A DNA stretch of 36,684 nt from an uncultured Streptococcus sp. GTDB lineage: Bacteria; Bacillota; Bacilli; Lactobacillales; Streptococcaceae. The stretch spans positions 1 to 36,684 of the forward strand of contig CAJPRB010000001.1 of assembly GCA_905372925.1 (NCBI GenBank), in the 5' to 3' direction. Below, in pieces: positions 1 to 9,268 of this stretch (the stretch's first letter is position 1; each line of letters opens with the position of its first letter). The notes under the pieces were generated by a model, which saw nothing but the letters and a program-made list of their open reading frames with translations, did no database searches and was not told the DNA's origin. The translations under genes were made by a program, and so were the position numbers.

Positions 1-11
1 GGAAAAACAAA

Positions 12-1253
12 ATGGTTTTACCAAATTTTAAAGAAAATCTAGAAAAATATGCAAAATTGTTGGTTGCGAACGGAATTAACGTGCAACCTGGTCACACTTT
101 GGCTCTCTCTATCGATGTGGAGCAACGCGAGTTGGCGCATTTGATCGTGAAAGAAGCTTATGCTTTAGGTGCACATGAGGTTATCGTTCAGTGGACAGAT
201 GATGTCATCAATCGCGAGAAATTCCTCCACGCGCCAATGGAGCGTTTGGACAATGTACCAGAATACAAGATTGCTGAGATGAACTATCTCTTGGAGAACA
301 AGGCTAGCCGTCTTGGAGTTCGCTCATCTGATCCAGGTGCCTTGAACGGAGTGGATGCTGACAAGCTTTCGGCTTCTGCTAAAGCTATGGGACTTGCGAT
401 GAAGCCAATGCGTATCGCAACGCAATCCAACAAGGTTAGCTGGACTGTAGCAGCCGCTGCTGGACTTGAATGGGCTAAGAAAGTCTTTCCAAATGCTGCG
501 AGCGATGAAGAAGCAGTGGACCTCCTCTGGGATCAAATCTTCAAAACTTGCCGTGTCTACGAAGAAGATCCTGTTAAAGCTTGGGAAGAGCATGCTGCTA
601 TCCTTAAGAGCAAGGCAGAAATGCTCAATAAAGAACAATTCTCAGCCCTTCACTACACAGCACCGGGAACTGATTTGACACTTGGTTTACCTAAGAACCA
701 CGTTTGGGAATCAGCTGGTGCTATCAATGCGCAAGGAGAAGGATTCTTGCCAAATATGCCGACAGAGGAAGTCTTCACTGCCCCTGACTTCCGTCGTGCA
801 GATGGTTATGTAACTTCTACAAAACCACTTAGCTATAACGGCAATATCATCGAAGGGATTAAAGTAACCTTCAAGGATGGACAAATCGTTGACATTACTG
901 CTGAAAAGGGTGATCAGGTCATGAAAGACCTTGTCTTTGAAAATGCGGGTGCGCGTGCCTTGGGTGAATGTGCCTTGGTACCAGATCCAAGCCCGATTTC
1001 TCAGTCAGGAATTACCTTCTTTAACACCCTTTTCGATGAAAATGCTTCTAACCACTTGGCTATTGGTGCAGCCTATGCGACTAGCGTCGTTGGTGGCGCA
1101 GAGATGAGCGAAGAAGAACTTGAAGCTGCGGGACTTAACCGTTCAGATGTTCACGTGGACTTTATGATTGGTTCTAATCAGATGGATATCGATGGTATCC
1201 GTGAGGATGGAACACGCGTACCTCTCTTCCGTAACGGAGATTGGGCAAATTAA
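12..1253 (+). CDS. pepS: Aminopeptidase PepS (M29 family)
   Basis: 413 aa; motifs NMPTEEVFTAP, ALGECALV, TLFDENASNHLAIG and SDVHVDFMIG are typical of M29 aminopeptidases. Confidence 0.95.
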   Translation: MVLPNFKENLEKYAKLLVANGINVQPGHTLALSIDVEQRELAHLIVKEAYALGAHEVIVQWTDDVINREKFLHAPMERLDNVPEYKIAEMNYLLENKASRLGVRSSDPGALNGVDADKLSASAKAMGLAMKPMRIATQSNKVSWTVAAAAGLEWAKKVFPNAASDEEAVDLLWDQIFKTCRVYEEDPVKAWEEHAAILKSKAEMLNKEQFSALHYTAPGTDLTLGLPKNHVWESAGAINAQGEGFLPNMPTEEVFTAPDFRRADGYVTSTKPLSYNGNIIEGIKVTFKDGQIVDITAEKGDQVMKDLVFENAGARALGECALVPDPSPISQSGITFFNTLFDENASNHLAIGAAYATSVVGGAEMSEEELEAAGLNRSDVHVDFMIGSNQMDIDGIREDGTRVPLFRNGDWAN

Positions 1254-1262
1254 GGAGCCAAG

Positions 1263-1493
1263 ATGATAGGAAGTATGTTTGTTGGTCTCCTAGTGGGACT
1301 CTTGGCAGGTGCTTTGACCAATCGTGGAGAACGCCTGGGATGCTTTGGAAAAATGTTTCTCGGCTGGATTGGTGCCTTTTTAGGACAATTACTATTTGGT
1401 TCATGGGGTCCAATTATAGCTGGAACGGCCATTATCCCTGCTGTTTTGGGTGCTATGCTTGTCTTAGCTATTTTCTGGAGACGAGGAAGTTAG
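1263..1493 (+). CDS. GlsB/YeaQ/YmgE family small membrane protein
   Basis: 76 aa Gly-rich hydrophobic protein with the pattern LGWIGAFLGQLLFGSWGP...IIPAVLGA; SD AAGGAG upstream. Confidence 0.85.
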   Translation: MIGSMFVGLLVGLLAGALTNRGERLGCFGKMFLGWIGAFLGQLLFGSWGPIIAGTAIIPAVLGAMLVLAIFWRRGS

Positions 1494-1511
1494 TTTCTTG
1501 AAAAATTAGAA

Positions 1512-1545
1512 AAAAGGAGGTTGGTCATTGAGCCAGCCTCCTTTT
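1512..1545 (+). terminator. Rho-independent terminator
   Basis: AAAAGGAGGTTGG-loop-CCAGCCTCCTTTT hairpin after the pepS/ymgE genes. Confidence 0.8.
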
Positions 1546-1550
1546 GAGTA

Positions 1551-1559
1551 TGATATAAT
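1551..1559 (+). promoter_or_regulatory. Extended -10 promoter of rsuA (likely leaderless transcript)
   Basis: TGaTATAAT followed by 6 nt and then the ATG at 1566; no SD present. Confidence 0.7.
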
Positions 1560-1565
1560 AGTTCT

Positions 1566-2288
1566 ATGAGATTAGATAAATTTTTAGTTGCTTGTGCTGT
1601 AGGGAGTCGGACGGAAGTCAAAAACTTGCTTAAAGCTGGGCGCGTGACGGTAAATGGTAAAAAAGAAAAGTCAGCTAAACTGCAGATTAATGAAGAAAGA
1701 GATGAGATTCGCTTTGATGGCCAAGTGCTGGAGTATGAAGAGTTTGTCTATTACATGCTGAACAAGCCTCAAGGCGTTATTTCAGCGACAGAGGATTCTA
1801 AACACAGAACGGTGTTGGACTTGTTGGACGATATTGCTCGGAGCAAGGAAGTTTTCCCAGTAGGGCGCTTGGATATCGATACGCATGGTCTTCTGCTCTT
1901 GACCAATGACGGCAAACTAGCTCATGCTCTTCTTTCACCAAAACGTCATGTGGATAAGACCTATTTGGCACAAGTCGAGGGAATTATGACCCAAGAAGAT
2001 GTGGAGACATTTGCCAAGGGCATTCCGCTCAAGGACTTTACCTGCCAGCCAGCTAAGCTGGAGATTGTGTCAGTGGATTCAGATAAGGATGAGAGCCAGG
2101 TTCGGGTGACCATAGCAGAAGGGAAGTTTCATCAAGTCAAACGCATGGTGGCCTATTGTGGCAAGGAAGTGGTAGACCTACAACGTTTGACTATGGGAAC
2201 TCTAGTCTTGGATGAGAACTTAGAACGAGGAGAATGGCGTCGCCTGACCAAGGAGGAGTTAGAGGAGCTTCTTGCTAGTATTGATTAA
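1566..2288 (+). CDS. rsuA: RsuA-family rRNA pseudouridine synthase
   Basis: N-terminal S4 domain (MRLDKFL), YYMLNKP, catalytic VGRLDIDTHGLLLLTNDG, EGKFHQVKRM. Confidence 0.92.
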   Translation: MRLDKFLVACAVGSRTEVKNLLKAGRVTVNGKKEKSAKLQINEERDEIRFDGQVLEYEEFVYYMLNKPQGVISATEDSKHRTVLDLLDDIARSKEVFPVGRLDIDTHGLLLLTNDGKLAHALLSPKRHVDKTYLAQVEGIMTQEDVETFAKGIPLKDFTCQPAKLEIVSVDSDKDESQVRVTIAEGKFHQVKRMVAYCGKEVVDLQRLTMGTLVLDENLERGEWRRLTKEELEELLASID

Positions 2289-2304
2289 GTCAATGTATTT
2301 TAGT

Positions 2305-2335
2305 AAAAAGGTAGGGAGAATGTCCCTGCCTTTTT
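2305..2335 (+). terminator. Rho-independent terminator
   Basis: AAAAAGGTAGGGA-loop-TCCCTGCCTTTTT. Confidence 0.8.
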
Positions 2336-2399
2336 CGTTTTTCAGTTGCTTCCTTTGTGAAAAGAGTTATAATAGACAGTAGAATAAAAGGAGGAATCT

Positions 2400-3734
2400 A
2401 TGAACGCGATTCAAGAATCATTTACAGATAAACTATTTGCCAACTATGAAGCAAATGTCAAATACCAAGCGATTGAAAATGCTGCCAGTCACAACGGAAT
2501 TTTTGCAGCCCTAGAGCGTCGCCAAAGCCATGTAGACAATACACCTGTTTTCTCATTGGATTTGACCAAGGACAAGGTTACTAACCAGAAAGCATCTGGT
2601 CGTTGCTGGATGTTTGCAGCTCTCAACACCTTCCGCCACAAACTCATCTCTCAATACAAACTGGAAAACTTTGAGTTGTCACAAGCCCACACCTTCTTCT
2701 GGGACAAGTACGAGAAATCCAACTGGTTCCTGGAGCAAGTAATTGCAACTGCAGACCAAGACTTGACCAGTCGCAAGGTTGGCTTCCTACTCCAAACCCC
2801 TCAACAAGACGGTGGACAGTGGGATATGGTGGTTGCCCTCTTTGAGAAATACGGTGTCGTTCCTAAGTCTGTTTATCCTGAGTCAGTTTCATCTAGCAAT
2901 AGCCGTGAGCTCAATGCAATCCTTAACAAATTGCTTCGTCAAGATGCTCAAATCTTGCGTGACTTGCTCGCTTCTGGTGCAGACCAAGCGACTGTTCAAG
3001 CTAAGAAAGAAGACCTCTTGCAAGAAATCTTTAACTTCCTTGCTATGTCACTAGGACTTCCACCACGTAAATTTGACTTTGCTTATCGCGATAAGGATGA
3101 TAACTACCAAAGTGAAAAAGGAATCACACCACAGGAATTTTACAAGAAATATGTCAATCTTCCTCTAGAAGACTATGTTTCTGTTATCAACGCACCAACT
3201 GCTGACAAACCATACGGCAAATCTTACACAGTTGAGATGTTGGGAAATGTGGTTGGTAGCCGTGCAGTTCGCTACATCAACGTTCCAATGGAGCGCTTGA
3301 AAGAATTGGCGATTGCCCAAATGCAAACAGGAGAAACTGTTTGGTTTGGTTCAGATGTCGGCCAACTTAGCAACCGCAAAGCTGGAATCCTTGCGACAGA
3401 TGTTTATGACTTTGAATCAAGTATGGATATTCAACTGACTCAAGACAAGGCTGGACGCTTGGACTACAGCGAAAGCTTGATGACCCACGCCATGGTCTTG
3501 ACAGGTGTTGATTTGGATGAAAATGGCAAATCAACCAAGTGGAAAGTTGAAAACTCATGGGGAGACAAGGTCGGTACAGATGGTTACTTTGTTGCCTCAG
3601 ACGCTTGGATGGATGAATACACTTACCAAATCGTTGTCCGTAAGGAATTGCTGACAGCAGAAGAACAAGCTGCTTATGAAGCAGAACCAATCGTGCTCGC
3701 ACCATGGGACCCAATGGGAGCCTTGGCAGAATAA
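2400..3734 (+). CDS. pepC: Cysteine aminopeptidase C (C1B, bleomycin hydrolase family)
   Basis: NQKASGRCWMFA (catalytic Cys), MTHAM (His), WKVENSWG (Asn), C-terminal PWDPMGALA; SD AGGAGG. Confidence 0.97.
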   Translation: MNAIQESFTDKLFANYEANVKYQAIENAASHNGIFAALERRQSHVDNTPVFSLDLTKDKVTNQKASGRCWMFAALNTFRHKLISQYKLENFELSQAHTFFWDKYEKSNWFLEQVIATADQDLTSRKVGFLLQTPQQDGGQWDMVVALFEKYGVVPKSVYPESVSSSNSRELNAILNKLLRQDAQILRDLLASGADQATVQAKKEDLLQEIFNFLAMSLGLPPRKFDFAYRDKDDNYQSEKGITPQEFYKKYVNLPLEDYVSVINAPTADKPYGKSYTVEMLGNVVGSRAVRYINVPMERLKELAIAQMQTGETVWFGSDVGQLSNRKAGILATDVYDFESSMDIQLTQDKAGRLDYSESLMTHAMVLTGVDLDENGKSTKWKVENSWGDKVGTDGYFVASDAWMDEYTYQIVVRKELLTAEEQAAYEAEPIVLAPWDPMGALAE

Positions 3735-3744
3735 AGCATAAAGA

Positions 3745-3775
3745 AAAGAGGTTAGGGAAATCCTGGCTTCTTTTT
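3745..3775 (+). terminator. Rho-independent terminator of pepC
   Basis: AAAGAGGTTAGG-loop-CCTGGCTTCTTT hairpin followed by a T-run. Confidence 0.7.
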
Positions 3776-3898
3776 AAGTTCTTCTTGAAGTGGCGATAGA
3801 TGATGCTTGCCAAGGGAGTTCTTCTTATTTTGAGTCTTTAAGTGACAGAGAAAAAGATATGTGTTATTATAGTAGTACAAAAGGATATCGGAGTAGAA

Positions 3899-6127
3899 AT
3901 GAAGTATTTAAGCAGTCAAGACATCAAGGATCGTCAACGAAATATTAGTGATATTAAACCTTATAAAACAACCAAGGAAATAGTCGTTTCAAATATCTTC
4001 ACCTTTTTTAATGCCATGAACTTGGCTCTGGCAGTTCTGGTAGCCACAACCTTGCGATTTGAGAACATGCTCTTTTTAGGTGTGATTGCTATCAATACAG
4101 CCATTGGGATTTTCCAAGAAGTGCGTTCAAAAAATGCCTTAGAAAAGCTAAGTTTGCTTGGTAAAAGTAAGTACAGAGTCAACCGAGATGGTCAAACGAT
4201 CGAGATTGATCCAGAAGACATCGTTCTAGGGGAGTATCTGCATCTCAATCTAGGTGATCAGGTGCCTGTCGATGCAGAAGTACTTGAAGGGAATATTGAA
4301 GTTGATGAGTCCTTGCTGACTGGTGAGAGTGATTCAGTCTTTAAAACAGTTGGTGACAAGCTGATGAGCGGAAGCAATGTCGTCAGCGGCACTTGTCTCG
4401 TCAGAGTAACGGCTGTGGGTCCCGATAGTTATATTAACAAACTCGCAAAATCCAGCAAGGAATTCAAAAAATATCCTTCTCAACTGCGCGATTACATGGA
4501 TAAGATTTTAAAAATCGTTTCTATCTTGCTGGTGCCAGTTGCGATTCTCCTCTATTTCAGAGGTTTTAGTCTAGGGCGGACTTATGTTGAGATTGTCTTG
4601 GGAAGTTCTGGTGCTTTGGTTGGTATGATTCCAGAGGGCTTGATTCTCCTGGTTAGTGTATCCCTAGCAGTAGCGGCCATGAAGCTGGCTAAAAAGAAGG
4701 TTCTGGTGCAGGAACTATATTGTGTGGAGACCTTGGCGCGAGTAGATGTTCTTTGTTTTGATAAGACAGGTACCATCACGACTGGTAATATGAAGGTCCA
4801 AGAAATGGATGCTAATGTGGCAGAGAAACTATCTTCTTATCTAGCTTATTTTGAGGATGAAAATGCGACGTCGCGGGCTCTGAAGACTTACTTAACGTGT
4901 GAGAAAAAATGGGAAGTTCAAGAAGTTGGTGCCTTTTCAAGTAAAAACAAGTATTCCTTTGTCCAAGTAAAAGATGGTGGGACCTATTTCTTTGGCGCCT
5001 ATGAGTTTTTAGAATTTACCCAGCCGATGGATACCTACTATGAAGATCTAAAACAGCAAGGTTTTCGAATCTTGACACTTGCCCATAGTAAGGACCACAT
5101 CATGAGTCCAGCCAATATGGAACTATTAGGGCATGTCGTTCTGTCAGATGAGATCAAGGAAAATACCAAGGAAACCTTTGACTATTTCGAATCTCAAGGT
5201 GTTGAAGTGAAGATTATCAGTGGTGATAATCATGTGGCTGTATATGGAGTGGCTCGTAAGGCAGGTTTTAAGGAAGAAGCCCGTGCGATTGATATGACCA
5301 AGGTGAGTGAACAAGATTTTGAAAGAGTGGTCTTGGAACACGAAATCTTTGGACGTGTGACACCTGAACAGAAGCAAAAGATGGTATCTATTTTGCAAAA
5401 TGCTGGGAAAACAGTTGCTATGAGTGGTGATGGAGTCAACGATGTTCTAGCTCTTAAAAAAGCAGATATTAGTTTTGCTATGAATGGTGCTACCAGTGCA
5501 GCCAAAAGCGTCTCCAATATTGTTTTCCTGACAGATGACTTTGCAGTATTTTATGATATCTTGATGGAAGGACGCCGTGTCATCAATAACATCCAAAAGG
5601 TAGCTTCTCTTTTTCTAACAAAGACCTTCTTCTCCATCGTGTTTGCGATTTTGAGTGTGATCTTTGGTTTGGAATTTGCCTTTATCCCCATTCAGTTTAC
5701 AATCATTTCAGCTATTACGATTGGGATTCCATCCTTCTTCCTAACTTTTGAGTCCAATAAAGAAAAGGTCAGCACACATTTTATGCGAGATATTTTGACC
5801 AATGCTGCGATTGGTGGTGGCATTCTGGTTGCTAGTGTACTCCTGACTAACTTCTTTATCACTGCCCCAGGTCAGGTCAAATTTATTTGCTTCCTCCTTG
5901 CTTTAATCAATGGTCTGTGTCTAGTTGCCAAGATCAGCATTCCCTTTAATCGATACAAACTAGCCTTGCTCACACTTTTGAGCCTTGTAGCCCTTGTTGG
6001 CGTACTTGCCAATACCTTTATCCTGCAAGGAGCTTTCGTGCCTCTAGAAACCACTCAAATGCTCTATGTTGCCATCCTAGCAGTAGTGATTGGGGGCTTG
6101 CATTATCTGACTAGGAGAAAAAGTTGA
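3899..6127 (+). CDS. Cation-translocating P-type ATPase (CtpE-like)
   Basis: DESLLTGES, IPEGL, phosphorylation motif DKTGT, ISGDN and GDGVND; start moved from GTG 3842 to ATG 3899, which follows GGAG. Confidence 0.88.
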   Translation: MKYLSSQDIKDRQRNISDIKPYKTTKEIVVSNIFTFFNAMNLALAVLVATTLRFENMLFLGVIAINTAIGIFQEVRSKNALEKLSLLGKSKYRVNRDGQTIEIDPEDIVLGEYLHLNLGDQVPVDAEVLEGNIEVDESLLTGESDSVFKTVGDKLMSGSNVVSGTCLVRVTAVGPDSYINKLAKSSKEFKKYPSQLRDYMDKILKIVSILLVPVAILLYFRGFSLGRTYVEIVLGSSGALVGMIPEGLILLVSVSLAVAAMKLAKKKVLVQELYCVETLARVDVLCFDKTGTITTGNMKVQEMDANVAEKLSSYLAYFEDENATSRALKTYLTCEKKWEVQEVGAFSSKNKYSFVQVKDGGTYFFGAYEFLEFTQPMDTYYEDLKQQGFRILTLAHSKDHIMSPANMELLGHVVLSDEIKENTKETFDYFESQGVEVKIISGDNHVAVYGVARKAGFKEEARAIDMTKVSEQDFERVVLEHEIFGRVTPEQKQKMVSILQNAGKTVAMSGDGVNDVLALKKADISFAMNGATSAAKSVSNIVFLTDDFAVFYDILMEGRRVINNIQKVASLFLTKTFFSIVFAILSVIFGLEFAFIPIQFTIISAITIGIPSFFLTFESNKEKVSTHFMRDILTNAAIGGGILVASVLLTNFFITAPGQVKFICFLLALINGLCLVAKISIPFNRYKLALLTLLSLVALVGVLANTFILQGAFVPLETTQMLYVAILAVVIGGLHYLTRRKS

Positions 6128-6132
6128 CACAC

Positions 6133-6165
6133 AAAAAGAATCAGGTTTAATCCTGATTCTTTTTT
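6133..6165. terminator. Bidirectional terminator between the P-type ATPase and manN
   Basis: AAAAAGAATCAGG-tttaat-CCTGATTCTTTTT perfect inverted repeat between convergent genes. Confidence 0.9.
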
Positions 6166-6188
6166 ATCTATATTCTCGATGGCTTGGA

Positions 6189-7100
6189 TTACATGATACC
6201 GAAGAAACGAGCTGCGATACCTACTGCAAAGAGAGCAAGGATGATTGTGATTGGTGATACTTTTTTCTTAAGCAACCACATGCAAAGGAAAGTAAGGAGA
6301 AGTCCCATCAATCCTGGGATCAATGAGTTCAACTGACCTTGAAGGGTTTGTGGTTGAATCTTATCTAGGCTCAATCCACCAAGTGCTTGACCAAGGATAC
6401 CTTTCAACTCAGCACCTGATACAGGTCCTTCTGGGAAGTTGATGTAAGCACCTTCTGCCAATTGTTTACCTGGAAGGTTAACAGTAAAGTTGATAGATAC
6501 CCAACGTTGTACAAGAACGGCAAGGATGAACATACCAAGGATAGATGCTCCTTTGGTGATGTCTTTCAAGATACCACCAGACATGTCTTTAGTGATTTCA
6601 GATCCAGCTTTGTAACCGAACTCTTGTGTATACCATAGGAAGGCCATACGGATAGCATTCCATCCAAAGAAGAAGAGAAGGGGACCAACAATGTTACCAG
6701 ATGCAGCAAGTGATGCACCAAGGGCTCCAAGGATAGGACGAACTGTAAACCAGAATACTGGGTCACCGATACCAGCAAGAGGTCCCATCATACCGATCTT
6801 AACCCCTTGGATAGCCGCGTCGTCGATTTCAACACCGTTAGCGCGCTCTTCTTCAAGTGCAAGAGTAACCCCCATGATAGGAGCAGCTACGTATGGGTGA
6901 GTGTTGAAGAACTCAAGGTGACGCTCAAGAGCAGCCGCTTGGTCTTCTTTTTTAGTGTACAATTTTTTGATAGCTGGGATCAAAGAGTAAGCCCAACCCA
7001 AGTTTTGCATACGTTCGTAGTTCCAAGAACCTTGAAGGAATTGTGAACGCCACCAAACTTTTTGACGATCTGATTTTGATAATTGAATTTTTTCAGCCAT
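6189..7100 (-). CDS. manN: PTS mannose-family IID component
   Basis: SWNYERMQNLG, FFNTHPY and MMGPLAGIGDPVFW motifs. Confidence 0.95.
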   Translation of the reverse strand: MAEKIQLSKSDRQKVWWRSQFLQGSWNYERMQNLGWAYSLIPAIKKLYTKKEDQAAALERHLEFFNTHPYVAAPIMGVTLALEEERANGVEIDDAAIQGVKIGMMGPLAGIGDPVFWFTVRPILGALGASLAASGNIVGPLLFFFGWNAIRMAFLWYTQEFGYKAGSEITKDMSGGILKDITKGASILGMFILAVLVQRWVSINFTVNLPGKQLAEGAYINFPEGPVSGAELKGILGQALGGLSLDKIQPQTLQGQLNSLIPGLMGLLLTFLCMWLLKKKVSPITIILALFAVGIAARFFGIM

Positions 7101-7114
7101 GATTGTTCCCCTTT

Positions 7115-7927
7115 CTAGTAGTCTTCTAGGATATCACCGATTGGGTCGTTAGAAGTTGCAGCTTCGCCGCCACCGTTTCCACCTTGTTTTGTAAGGTTAA
7201 GGTAGATGAAGGCAAGGGCAACACCGATGACACCAAGGGCAATCAAAGTCAATTGAGAAATCGCAGCAAGTGCAAAACCGATAGCGAAGAATGGCCATAC
7301 TTCACGAGTTGCCATCATGTTGATAACCATAGCGTAACCAACGGCAACGACCATAGCACCACCGACAGCCATACCACCATTCAACCAGTCTGGCATCAAT
7401 TTAAGAGCATCTTGAACGGCAGAAGCTGGGATAGCGATAAGGAATGCAGCAGGGATTGCAATACGAAGACCTTGAAGAAGAAGGGCGATAAAGTGAGCAC
7501 GTTCAACAGCCGCAATATTTCCGTCTTTAGCAGCAGCATCAGCAGTGTGAACCAAACCAACTGAGATTGTACGAACAATCATAGTCAAGAAAAGTCCAGC
7601 TACGGCAAGAGGGATAGCTGTTGCTGTTGCAACGGCGATACCTTCAGTAGTAAAGTTACCACCTTTGATCAAGATGATTGCTGCTGCAACAGAGGCAAGA
7701 GCAGCGTCAGGAGCAACGGCAGCTCCGATGTTTGCCCAACCGAGGGCGATCATTTGAAGAGATCCACCAAGCATAACACCTGCTTCGAGGTTACCAGTTG
7801 CAAGTCCGATAAGGGTACATGCGACGATTGGTTGATGGAATTGGAATTGGTCGAGGATACCTTCAAGACCTGCAAGGAAGGCAACAACTACAACCAAGAT
7901 AGCAGAAATGATTGAAATATCTGACAT
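7115..7927 (-). CDS. manM: PTS mannose-family IIC component
   Basis: LDQFQFHQPIVAC, LGWANIGAAVAPD, C-terminal DPIGDILEDY. Confidence 0.95.
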   Translation of the reverse strand: MSDISIISAILVVVVAFLAGLEGILDQFQFHQPIVACTLIGLATGNLEAGVMLGGSLQMIALGWANIGAAVAPDAALASVAAAIILIKGGNFTTEGIAVATATAIPLAVAGLFLTMIVRTISVGLVHTADAAAKDGNIAAVERAHFIALLLQGLRIAIPAAFLIAIPASAVQDALKLMPDWLNGGMAVGGAMVVAVGYAMVINMMATREVWPFFAIGFALAAISQLTLIALGVIGVALAFIYLNLTKQGGNGGGEAATSNDPIGDILEDY

Positions 7928-8002
7928 GGTTTTATTCCTTTTCTATTTAGTTTTAATAAAGTATTTAATCCTGTTTTCAAAAATGATAAAAACAGATTAA
8001 AA

Positions 8003-8992
8003 TTATTGAACGTTTGCTTTGTTAATCAAGTCAAACAAGTCTTTTTTCGTGTCGTTTGGTACTTTACGTACGTCAAATTCAACACCGAGGTCACGCATTT
8101 TTTCAAAGGTTGCAACATCGTCTTTGTCCATAGACAAAACGTTGTTAATCATTGTTTTACCTGTTGAGTGAGCCATAGAACCAACGTTAAGGGTTTTGAT
8201 TGGCACGCCACCTTCGATTGCACGAAGTGCATCTTGTGGAGTTTCAAACAAGATAAGGGCATGAGTGTCACCGAAACGTGGGTCTTTTGCAACGTCGATC
8301 AATTTTTGAATTGGAACAACGTTGGCTTTTACTCCGTTAGGAGCTGCTTGTTTGATCAATTCTTTACGCAAATCGTCGTTAGCAACGTTGTCTGAAGCAA
8401 CGATGATACGATCTGCTTTTGAATCTGGTGTCCAAGCAGTTGCAACCTGACCGTGAAGCAGACGAGTGTCTAGACGAGCAAGGTTGATCTTCAGTTTACC
8501 GTCACCGATAACAGTTCCTTCTGGAATAGCAGCTTGGGCAGCAGGAGCAGCTGCAGCACTTGCAACTTCCTCAACTGGGTTAAGCTCTTCAGGAAGAGCT
8601 TTGATGCCATCTTTGGCTTCTTTAATGATATTCGCAGCGACTTTTTCCACACCTGCATTCGCGTCCATAAGGCGCTCTGTGTAGGCTTGGATCAACATCG
8701 GCAAGTTAAGTCCTGTGATGATGGCAAATTTACGTTCTGGATTTTCTCCCATCACGCGGCTAGCTTGGTTGAACGGAGATCCACTCCAAAGGTCAGCCAA
8801 TACTAGAACCTCATCTTCTGCGTCAAATGCAGCAACAGCGTTATTGATCTTAGCGTATAGATCATCAGGACCTTCGTTTGGCATAAAGGTTACAACTTGA
8901 ACCTTTTCTTGTTCACCAAAGATCATAGATCCTGACTGATGAATACCCGCAGCAAATTCGCCGTGGCTCGCAATAATGATTCCGATACTCAT
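8003..8992 (-). CDS. manL: PTS mannose-family IIAB component
   Basis: IIASHG (IIA His), DLWSGSPFN, Ala/Pro linker, [12 protein letters not shown] (IIB His); ATG 8992 is better spaced from AGGAGG than ATG 9001. Confidence 0.95.
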   Translation of the reverse strand: MSIGIIIASHGEFAAGIHQSGSMIFGEQEKVQVVTFMPNEGPDDLYAKINNAVAAFDAEDEVLVLADLWSGSPFNQASRVMGENPERKFAIITGLNLPMLIQAYTERLMDANAGVEKVAANIIKEAKDGIKALPEELNPVEEVASAAAAPAAQAAIPEGTVIGDGKLKINLARLDTRLLHGQVATAWTPDSKADRIIVASDNVANDDLRKELIKQAAPNGVKANVVPIQKLIDVAKDPRFGDTHALILFETPQDALRAIEGGVPIKTLNVGSMAHSTGKTMINNVLSMDKDDVATFEKMRDLGVEFDVRKVPNDTKKDLFDLINKANVQ

Positions 8993-9028
8993 TATTGTCA
9001 TTCCTCCTTTAAAATGTTTGACTATTTG

Positions 9029-9045
9029 TTTAAGAAAACTTTAAG
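9029..9045 (+). promoter_or_regulatory. CiaR binding direct repeat at the manL promoter
   Basis: TTTAAG-aaaac-TTTAAG matches the CiaR consensus TTTAAG-N5-TTTAAG; it reads opposite to manL transcription. Confidence 0.8.
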
Positions 9046-9055
9046 CCTAACTTTA

Positions 9056-9084
9056 AGTATAAACCGTTTTCAAACAAAAATCAA
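9056..9084 (-). promoter_or_regulatory. manL sigma-A promoter with overlapping cre (CcpA site)
   Basis: Minus strand TTGATT-N17-TATACT; cre-like TTGAAAACGGTTTATA at 9058-9073 overlaps the spacer and -10. Confidence 0.75.
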
Positions 9085-9234
9085 CCATTTCTTATAAATA
9101 TGTGTTGGTTTTCAATGAAAACTCGCTTACAAAATGTTAATATATAAATCTTTTGTAAAAATGTTTAAAAAGATAAGGGAGTAATTTAATATAAAAAAAT
9201 GAAAACAGGCCGATTGATTGAAAAATTGTGAAAA

Positions 9235-9265
9235 TCAAAAAAGCTAGCACAAGCTAACTTTTTGA
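9235..9265 (-). terminator. Terminator of the Cof hydrolase gene
   Basis: Imperfect hairpin AAAAAGCTAGC-acaa-GCTAACTTTTT just past the stop codon. Confidence 0.6.
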
Positions 9266-9268
9266 GTG

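Noticed and set aside
3800..3841. Tiny hydrophobic ORF MMLAKGVLLILSL as a possible signalling peptide
   Set aside because: It has no SD, no SHP/ComS-type motif and no adjacent Rgg/RRNPP regulator.
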